In this document: one piece after another, positions 56,833 through 64,000 of the stretch
Position numbering within the stretch: the stretch's first letter is position 1
Layout: each line of letters starts with the position of its first letter
NCBI GenBank assembly: GCA_051005875.1
Contig: JBPCIX010000021.1
Location: 5,783-69,782, forward strand
DNA: 64,000 bases
Source: Actinomycetota bacterium
GTDB taxonomy: Bacteria > Actinomycetota > CADDZG01 > JAHWKV01
Direction: 5' to 3'
Notes under the pieces: generated by a model
The model's database searches: none
What the model was told of the DNA's origin: nothing
Seen by the model: the letters and a program-made list of their open reading frames with translations, nothing else
Made by a program: the position numbers and the translations under genes

Positions 56833-57562
56833 ATGAAAAAACGTTTCAGGGCCAAGCACCTACTCATAGCTGGTTTGATCCCGCTTTTGATACCGGCCGC
56901 CGGATTCGCTGGGGCCAACAGCACCACAACCACCTTCAAAGACGCCCGATTGAAAATCGAGTACAACTCCACGGACGGCGACGCGGGCCTTCAGGTCCTT
57001 CGTCGACGCAGAGCCGTGGCGAGAGATAAGCATTTCGAATCCGAAGGGCAAATTGGTGGTCGATGTAGAGGCTGAGAAGGTGATCAGGAACTACGGGTTA
57101 ACTGAGGTCTTCTCAGAAAGTAGCGAGCCGCCTTTTGAGGAGTTCCCCTTCGATAAGTTTAAAAGGCTCTTTCCCGAAGGTAAGTACACGTTCAGGGGCA
57201 AGACGATCGAAGGTCAGAACCTCAAAAGCACGTTCAACTTCACCCACAAGGTGCCCGACGGCCCCAAGATCCTGGCGCCCCTCGATGGCGCCACCGTTGC
57301 TCGCGACTCGTTGGTGGTTGAATGGGCGCCGGTCACTTCGCCCAGCGGTATCAATATCGCCGCTTACGAGGTTTTGGTGGTTGCAGATACTCCGGGACTC
57401 GGCAATCCCAAGCGCGTGCTCGACGCCACAGTTAATGGCTCGGTAAACCGCCTGCCGATTCCATCAGAGTTTCTGGACCCGGGGACCTATAAGGCAGAGG
57501 TGCTGGCAATAGAGGTGGGCGGCAACCAAACGCTTACCGAGGCTGCATTCACGGTCGAGTAA
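56833..57562 (+). pseudogene. secreted beta-rich (Fn3-like) protein, +1 frameshift at ~56997 (or sequencing indel)
   Basis: Signal peptide ORF 56833. Removing one C at 56997-56998 joins it to ORF 57053-57562 (GLQVFVDAEPW...). Confidence 0.7.
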
Positions 57563-57577
57563 GGAAAACTGGCTTGC

Positions 57578-57612
57578 CGGGGTAGTCCGTTCAGCGGAAG
57601 CGGCTACTCCGG
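57578..57612. terminator. hairpin between convergent genes
   Basis: GCCGGGGTAGTCC / GGCTACTCCGGC imperfect stem. Confidence 0.5.
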
Positions 57613-60042
57613 CTTTAGGGAGCGGGCCACAAGCGCCAGCAGGGCATCCTTCTTAACCGGTTTTGCAAGGTAACTGTCCATCCCCTCGGCCAGGCAGCGA
57701 TCCCGGTCTTCTGGTCGCGCGCCGGCAGTCAGGGCGATGATGGAAGTGTGGCGGCCCGGCCCTTCCTGGGCTCTAATGGCGGCCGTAGCTTCGTAGCCGT
57801 TCAATTCCGGCATCTGGCAGTCCATCAATATGGCGTCGTAGTCGTTGGCCGCAGCGGCCTGCACCGCCAATAACCCATTGAGCGCGGTGTCCACGCGGTA
57901 ACCCGCGCCGGATAGGATCGCGACCGCAACTTTCTGGTTGATTAGATTGTCTTCGGCGAGCAATAGCCAGCCCCCTTGCGCTTGGCCCGGCAATGAAGAG
58001 CTCAGTGCCGTTGGTTGATGGGCATCGACCTCCGGCCCCTGCAAGCCCAATGCCATTCTCAGGCCCGCTTGTAATCGATCCGGGTGGATTGGCTTGAAAA
58101 CAATGGCGCAGACGCCAGTCTCGGCTGCCGCCCCCAGGTCTCGGTCCTGTCCCAAGTTGGTCATTAGCACTAAATACGAGGTAAGAGCAGGGTCGTCGCG
58201 TATGGCATCCATTAATTCCAGGCCGTCCATCCCGGGCATGGATCTATCAATCAAGACAACGGCAAACGGGTTGCCTTGCACGGCTGCCCGCCGCATCGCC
58301 GCCAGAGCAACCTGACCGGACTCAGCGGTCTCGACCGTCATGCCCCATCCGCTTAGATACTCGGCCAATACGCCGCGCTGAGTGGCGTTGTCGTCCACGA
58401 TCAGGGCGGTGACGCCGGCAAGCCCCGAGTCGGGTGACTCCGGGGAACGCCCCGCCTGCCCAGCGTCGGCGGTAACGCCGATCGTGAACCAGAACTTGCT
58501 TCCAAGCCCCAGCCGGCTTGACGCTCCGCAACTGCCACCCATAAGGCCGATCAGCTGGGCGCTGATGGCCAGCCCCAGTCCGGTGCCCCCGTACTTGCGG
58601 GAAGTCGAGGAGTCGGCCTGCGTGAACGGCTGAAAGACGGTGTCAAGCTTGTCCGGGGGGATTCCATCGCCGGTATCGGAGACCTCAAAGCGGACCACGC
58701 TTTTTGTGCCTTCAGCGCGGGCCTCGGCCCGCACGACAATCTCGCCCGCCTGCGTGAACTTGATCGCGTTGCCTATTAGGTTGGTAAGCACCTGGCGGAC
58801 CCGGCCGGGGTCGCCACCAACCGTAACCGGCAGAGACTCTTCGAAAACCGCCACCAGTTCAAGCCCCTTAGCCTGCGCCGAACCGGCCAGCAAGTCCACA
58901 ACATCACCGACCACGGTTGCCGGGCTGAATTCGATGTCCTCGATTTCAAGCCTCCCGGCTTCGATTTTGGAGAAATCGAGGATTCCGTTGATAGTACTCA
59001 GCAGAGCCTCGCCCGAGTTGCGCACGGTCTGTGCGTAGTCGCGCTGGCGTGTATCGAGGTTGGTTTCCAGCAATAGATCCGTCATTCCGATGACACCGTT
59101 CATAGGAGTACGAATCTCGTGGCTCATGTTGGCCAGAAACTCCGACTTTAGGCGCGACGCCTCGTTCGCGGCGTCTCGGGCGTCCGACATAGCGACTTCC
59201 ACTCCGGCCTCGGCCGTGACGTCGGCGAGCGTTCCCACCCAGCCCGCTATTTCACCGTCTCGGTTGGGTATTGACTTAGATGTGACAAGCACGACCTTTG
59301 AAGGAGATCCCGGTGAATTCATTAGGAACCGTTGGCAGACCTCCGCTTTGTCCTGGGGACCCCCGGCCAAAGCGGCGATAAGGTCCGATTGCTGTTCCGG
59401 GCCGATAATGAAGTCCCAGACGCGTCCGGCCGCTTCATTGGCTTGCACGCCGGTGATCTCCGACCATCGCGGATTGGTGTAGATGTATTTGTTTTCGGCG
59501 TCAGTCTGGAAGATCCCTATGGGAGCGGCCTCGGTAAGAAACCTCAACTGGTCGGCGGACGCTTGCACTTCCCGAGCGGTTGTTGCGAGTTCCTCGGCTC
59601 TAATGAAAAGCTTGGCAAAGACCGAGACTTTGGCCCGAAGCTCATCGGCGGGGACCGGAGCAAAGATGAAGTCGACCGCGCCTCCAGCGTAGTAGCGGTC
59701 GATGTCAGCAATATCGCGGCTCCCGTAGGCAGTGACGAAGATAATCGGGGTCACCTCTGACTGCCTGCGCTGGCGGATTTGTGCAGCAGTTTCGAACCCG
59801 TCCATATTGGGCATGCGGACATCGAGAAGGATGACTGCAAAATCCTGCGCCATCAGGCAACGCAAGGCAGCGATGCCCGAGTCGGCTTCGACGATGCAAT
59901 AGCCGAGCGGCGCCAAAATAGCCCTCAGTGCCAATCGCTTCGATGCGCTGTCGTCGACCACCAGGACGGGAACCTGGGCCTTTTTCGCGTCCGTAAGGAC
60001 GTTGGCGGCTTTTGCTCCCACTACATGCTGAGCGGGATTCAC
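57604..60042 (-). CDS. hybrid histidine kinase REC-PAS-HisKA-HATPase-REC-REC
   Basis: LLDVRMP; FLANMSHEIRTPMNG; NLIGNAIKF; GTGLGL; two C-terminal receiver domains. Confidence 0.93.
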   Translation of the reverse strand: MNPAQHVVGAKAANVLTDAKKAQVPVLVVDDSASKRLALRAILAPLGYCIVEADSGIAALRCLMAQDFAVILLDVRMPNMDGFETAAQIRQRRQSEVTPIIFVTAYGSRDIADIDRYYAGGAVDFIFAPVPADELRAKVSVFAKLFIRAEELATTAREVQASADQLRFLTEAAPIGIFQTDAENKYIYTNPRWSEITGVQANEAAGRVWDFIIGPEQQSDLIAALAGGPQDKAEVCQRFLMNSPGSPSKVVLVTSKSIPNRDGEIAGWVGTLADVTAEAGVEVAMSDARDAANEASRLKSEFLANMSHEIRTPMNGVIGMTDLLLETNLDTRQRDYAQTVRNSGEALLSTINGILDFSKIEAGRLEIEDIEFSPATVVGDVVDLLAGSAQAKGLELVAVFEESLPVTVGGDPGRVRQVLTNLIGNAIKFTQAGEIVVRAEARAEGTKSVVRFEVSDTGDGIPPDKLDTVFQPFTQADSSTSRKYGGTGLGLAISAQLIGLMGGSCGASSRLGLGSKFWFTIGVTADAGQAGRSPESPDSGLAGVTALIVDDNATQRGVLAEYLSGWGMTVETAESGQVALAAMRRAAVQGNPFAVVLIDRSMPGMDGLELMDAIRDDPALTSYLVLMTNLGQDRDLGAAAETGVCAIVFKPIHPDRLQAGLRMALGLQGPEVDAHQPTALSSSLPGQAQGGWLLLAEDNLINQKVAVAILSGAGYRVDTALNGLLAVQAAAANDYDAILMDCQMPELNGYEATAAIRAQEGPGRHTSIIALTAGARPEDRDRCLAEGMDSYLAKPVKKDALLALVARSLKPE

Positions 60043-63000
60043 CTAGGGGCCGGTGCAATCAGCGACAACCACGGCGTGAGGACGCCACTAAGCTCGGCGC
60101 CGTCGACCGGTTTGGGAACGTAGTCATTGGCGCCGGCATCGAGGCAGCGCTCGCGCTCGCCGGGCATAACCTTGCCCGTGACGGCAATGATGCACAGATC
60201 CTTGAATTCATCGATCTGCCTAATGGCCCGCATGGTTTCGTAGCCATCCATGATAGGCATCATGATGTCCATCAGGACTATGTCGATGTCGGGCTGGCGC
60301 TTCAAGCTCGCGATGGCTTCGCTTCCGCTCTCCGCGACCGTGACGACGGCGCGACCGCGCTCGAGGAGCGCCGACAGAGCGAAAATATTGCGGAAGTCGT
60401 CATCAACCAACAGGATTTTGGCCCCGGCGAGGCTCCCATTGTCTTGGGTTTCCGACAAGTCTCGGCCCGGCCACACGCCGGTTTTCTGGGCCAGCCACTC
60501 GTCGCTAGCAACATGCGGAGTGGGGTCCTTCTCGGCAGCAACATGCGGAGCGGGGTCCTTCGCGATAGCAAGATGCGGAGCGGGGTCCTTCGCGGGGTCC
60601 GCACTCGGGGCAATCGACGTTGGCACTGCTGCCGGCGTAGGCCGGTCCGATGGAAGGTAAACGGTGAAGGTGCTGCCCTGGCCGGGCACGCTGGAACAGG
60701 TGATCTCACCGCCGAGGAGGCCGGCGAGTTCCCGGCTTATCGAAAGACCGAGACCCGTTCCGCCGTAAAGGCGCGCGGTGCTACCGTCGGCCTGGGCGAA
60801 TGCCTCGAAAATTCTGGGCTGCTGGTCTTGTTCGATGCCGATGCCGGTGTCACCGACGGCAATCGACACAACCGACTGCGCGTTGCGGAGCGACTCTGTG
60901 TCGGCCCTCCAACCTTTTTCGGCCAAGCCTATTTTTACCTGCACCCCGCCTTCCTCGGTGAACTTAAATGCGTTGGCGAGCAAGTTCTTGAGTATTTGGC
61001 TGAGGCGTTGGAGGTCGGTGGCGATGGATCGAGGCACATCGGGCGCCACCTCGACTGAGTAGGCAAGGCCCATCTCTTGAGCCAGCGGTTCAAAGTCGCG
61101 CAACAAAGCGCTACGCAATTCCTCCAGAGAGAACTCATGCATCTCCACCGTGACGGTGCCCGACTCGACCTTGGCCAGGTCAAGAATGTTGTTCACCAGA
61201 TTCAATATGTCCTTACCTGAAGAGCGAATCACGCTGGCGTACTGCACCTGAGTGTCGGTCATGTTGTGGTCGGGGTTTTCCTCGAGTTGGCCCGCAAGGA
61301 TCAACAGGGAATTCAGCGGGGTGCGAAGCTCGTGCGACATATTCGCTATGAACTCGGACTTGTACTTCGAGGAGACGGTAAGTTGGCCGGCCTTTTCCTC
61401 GACCAAGCGCTTGGACTCCTCCACCTGGGCGTTGCGTTTCTCTGCCTCAATATTTTGCTCGGCCAAAAGGGCGGCCTGGCGTCCAAGGTCCTCGTTGGTC
61501 TCGCGCAGTTCCTCCTGCTGGGACCGGAGTTCTTCGGCCTGAGACTGAGACTGCTTGAGCAGGTTCTCAGTGAGGGTGTTGGCTTCAATAGTGTTGAGGA
61601 CGAGACCGATGCTTTCCGGGAGCCTGTCGAGAAAGGCTTGATGGGTGAGACTGAATGGCGAAAAAGAGGCAAGTTCAACCACGGCCCGCACCGACCCCTC
61701 GAACAGGATCGGCAGGACGATAATGTTGAGGGGAGCAGATTCACCGAGTCCAGAGTTGATTTTCACGTAGTCGCCGGGCACTTCCGTGAGGAGAATCCGT
61801 TTCTTCTCCTTGGCGCATTGCCCGACCAAGCCTTCACCCAGACGAAAGGAAGCACCGAGATGCTTTCGCTCTTCGTAGCCGTATCCGGCCTGGAACTCAA
61901 GTACAGGTTGGGTGCCATCCGAAGGGCTGTTCATGGCGTAGAACACACCGTGTTGGGCTGAAACAAGCGGCGCGAGCTCCGACAGGATCATGCTCGACAC
62001 CTCGGCAAGATCGCGCTGACCCTGGAGCATGCGCGTAAAGCGCTCGAGGTTCGTTTTCAGCCAGTCTTGCTCTATGTTTTGCCTGGTCGTCTCACGCAGG
62101 TTGCGGATCATCTCGTTGAGCTTGTCCTTCAAGACGGCGACCTCCCCGCTCGCCTCGACCGAAACTTGCCTTGTGAGGTCGCCCTCGGTGACCGCAGTAG
62201 CCACCTCGGCAATGGCTCGCACCTGGTTAGTAAGGTTGGCGGCCAACTGGTTGACGTTATCGGTCAGGTCCTTCCAAACGCCACCGACTTCTTTCGATTG
62301 GGCCTGGCCGCCTAACTTGCCTTCCACCCCGACTTCGCGGGCGACACGGGTAACCTCTCCGGCAAAGGCGTTCAACTGGTCGACCATGGCGTTGACGGTG
62401 TTCTTCAGCTCCAGGAATTCACCCTTGACATCAATCGAAATCTTCTTGCTCAGGTCCCCGTTGGCCACGGCGGTAGTTACCTCGGCTATGTTGCGCACCT
62501 GCCCTGTAAGGTTTCCGGCCATAAGGTTGACGTTGTCGGTAAGGTCCTTCCAAACGCCACCGACTTCAATGGTGACTGCCGCCGCTTGACCAAGCTTGCC
62601 CTCGGTCCCGACCTCGCGGGCCACTCGTGTCACCTCGGAAACGAATCCGTTTAGCTGGTCGACCATGGCGTTGATGGTGTTCTTCAGCTCCAGCATCTCG
62701 CCACGGACGTCGGCAGACACTTTCTTGCTCAGGTCCCCGTCGGCGACCGCACCGATTACGCGTTGCATCTCGCTGGTGGGACGCACCAAGTCCTCGATCA
62801 AACTGTTGACCGATTCCACACTGCTCGACCAGCTTTGTGTCGTCGCACCGAGCCCCAAGCGCTGCGAAAGCTCGCCCTGTTTGCCCACCACCCGGCTGAC
62901 CCGGGCTAATTCGGCCTCAAGTGACTGGTTAGCGATGATGACATCGTTGAGGCCGTCGGCCACCTTGCCTGCCACGCCCGTCCATTCAAGCGGCATGCGG

Positions 63001-63092
63001 GCGGTAAAATCGCCTTCCTTTACCTGGGCCAAAAAGCTCAGGAGCACCTTGGAATCGACCGTATCGGCGACGGTCGTCGCTGAATCTGACAT
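60039..63092 (-). CDS. soluble poly-HAMP-GAF hybrid histidine kinase (OsaA / fungal group III-like)
   Basis: 92-aa repeats ([11 protein letters not shown]), GAF domain, [10 protein letters not shown], HATPase, REC; no TM. Confidence 0.92.
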   Translation of the reverse strand: MSDSATTVADTVDSKVLLSFLAQVKEGDFTARMPLEWTGVAGKVADGLNDVIIANQSLEAELARVSRVVGKQGELSQRLGLGATTQSWSSSVESVNSLIEDLVRPTSEMQRVIGAVADGDLSKKVSADVRGEMLELKNTINAMVDQLNGFVSEVTRVAREVGTEGKLGQAAAVTIEVGGVWKDLTDNVNLMAGNLTGQVRNIAEVTTAVANGDLSKKISIDVKGEFLELKNTVNAMVDQLNAFAGEVTRVAREVGVEGKLGGQAQSKEVGGVWKDLTDNVNQLAANLTNQVRAIAEVATAVTEGDLTRQVSVEASGEVAVLKDKLNEMIRNLRETTRQNIEQDWLKTNLERFTRMLQGQRDLAEVSSMILSELAPLVSAQHGVFYAMNSPSDGTQPVLEFQAGYGYEERKHLGASFRLGEGLVGQCAKEKKRILLTEVPGDYVKINSGLGESAPLNIIVLPILFEGSVRAVVELASFSPFSLTHQAFLDRLPESIGLVLNTIEANTLTENLLKQSQSQAEELRSQQEELRETNEDLGRQAALLAEQNIEAEKRNAQVEESKRLVEEKAGQLTVSSKYKSEFIANMSHELRTPLNSLLILAGQLEENPDHNMTDTQVQYASVIRSSGKDILNLVNNILDLAKVESGTVTVEMHEFSLEELRSALLRDFEPLAQEMGLAYSVEVAPDVPRSIATDLQRLSQILKNLLANAFKFTEEGGVQVKIGLAEKGWRADTESLRNAQSVVSIAVGDTGIGIEQDQQPRIFEAFAQADGSTARLYGGTGLGLSISRELAGLLGGEITCSSVPGQGSTFTVYLPSDRPTPAAVPTSIAPSADPAKDPAPHLAIAKDPAPHVAAEKDPTPHVASDEWLAQKTGVWPGRDLSETQDNGSLAGAKILLVDDDFRNIFALSALLERGRAVVTVAESGSEAIASLKRQPDIDIVLMDIMMPIMDGYETMRAIRQIDEFKDLCIIAVTGKVMPGERERCLDAGANDYVPKPVDGAELSGVLTPWLSLIAPAPR
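60506..60595. repeat. 30-bp x3 tandem repeat in the kinase-receiver linker
   Basis: Encodes (A/E)KDP(A/T)PH(L/V)A(I/A/S) x3. Confidence 0.9.
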
Positions 63093-63102
63093 TGTGCCCC
63101 TC

Positions 63103-63144
63103 CTATTGGGATCGGGCTATTGGGATCGTGCTATTGGGATCGTG
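63103..63144. repeat. 14-bp x3 tandem repeat abutting the RBS
   Basis: CTATTGGGATCG(G/T)G x3. Confidence 0.92.
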
Positions 63145-63250
63145 AGATCCATAGCCCGTTGAGTGTCCCCTTCTAGTCATCGGCACGCGAGCCACAGCCC
63201 TGTACTTTTGTACCCCTATTGTACTCCTATTGTACCTCGTGCATATATCG

Positions 63251-63275
63251 GGCCCCCGCTTCCGTAGCGGGGGCC
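63251..63275. terminator. hairpin downstream of the partial kinase gene
   Basis: GGCCCCCGCT-TCCGT-AGCGGGGGCC perfect 10-bp stem. Confidence 0.6.
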
Positions 63276-63358
63276 AATCAACCAGCTCGGTTTCAGAAAA
63301 GCACCACCCGGTCACGCAGCTTGGGGGTAACGGCCCATTCGCACGCCGCGCTGCGTGG

Positions 63359-64000
63359 TCAGGATGCCGGAATCCACCGATTCAGGGTGGCCGCCAAGTC
63401 GGCTCTTCGAACCGGCTTAGAAATGTAATCGTCCATGCCCGCAGCCAGGCAGCGCTCGCGGTCTCCCTCCATGGCCGAAGCCGTCATCGCAATAATTGGG
63501 GTATGGCCTTTGCCCTCCTCGCGACTTCGGATCTCACCAGTTGCCGCGTAACCGTCCATCTCCGGCATCTGGCAGTCCATCAGCACCGCCGCGTATGAGA
63601 TGGCCGAAAGCGCATTGACGGCTTCGAGGCCGTTGGCGACCACGTCTGGCCTGTACCCGAGTCGTTTAACGATGTTCGCCGCGACAACCTGATTCACAGC
63701 GTTGTCCTCGACGATCAGCACCCGGGGAGGAGGTCCCGAGCGCGCTTGGTTTGTCTCGTGGCCCTCCCCCTCTTGGCGCTGCACAAATCCCTGGGCGTGG
63801 GGAGTTTGCCGGTCCCCCGGCGGGCTGTCGACAGCTGCCTCGAAGCGTGCCGTGAACCAAAATGTGCTTCCCTCAGCTATCTCGCTGGTCACCCCAATCT
63901 CACCCCCCATTATAGAAACTAGTTGTTTTGAAATTGCCAGTCCAAGTCCTGTCCCGCCGAATTTGCGGGTGTTAGACGAATCCACCTGAGAAAAGGACTC
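63359..64000 (-). CDS. hybrid histidine kinase, 3' part (HATPase end + REC), begins outside the window
   Basis: [36 protein letters not shown]. Confidence 0.9.
   Translation of the reverse strand, partial: ESFSQVDSSNTRKFGGTGLGLAISKQLVSIMGGEIGVTSEIAEGSTFWFTARFEAAVDSPPGDRQTPHAQGFVQRQEGEGHETNQARSGPPPRVLIVEDNAVNQVVAANIVKRLGYRPDVVANGLEAVNALSAISYAAVLMDCQMPEMDGYAATGEIRSREEGKGHTPIIAMTASAMEGDRERCLAAGMDDYISKPVRRADLAATLNRWIPAS

Overview
A 64-kb chromosomal window from an actinobacterium. The evidence is DUF3107, DUF5319, an F420-type PPOX protein, DUF222-HNH genes, an actinobacterial LexA box and Acidimicrobiia-type surface repeats; it probably lies outside the classical Actinomycetes. Most of it is housekeeping: thyX, an FtsH paralogue, a PASTA kinase, the ilvBNC-leuACDB-pepN operon with two leader peptides, tRNA-Cys, an ECF sigma/anti-sigma pair with msrA-ccdA-copA, modABC, pckG, corA, terC, ndh and three hybrid histidine kinases. 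Accessory parts are the first ~5.3 kb, two VapBC modules, and a two-cupredoxin lipoprotein plus 1457-aa multicopper oxidase. The first ~5.3 kb holds tmRNA, a tRNA-like RNA, toxin-antitoxin remnants, an HNH gene and a MITE-like repeat. The most striking unexplained element is a ~170-nt tRNA-like transcript (1507-1676). It starts directly behind a PafBC/RecA-NDp-type DNA-damage promoter motif, has a non-canonical anticodon arm, and carries a 3' trailer perfectly complementary to its own anticodon arm (13 bp) and D arm (9 bp). The same promoter motif occurs five times, always just upstream of a gene. Several single-base homopolymer indels, clustered in the first 2.8 kb, could be sequencing errors. 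All calls come from manual reading; no database searches were run.
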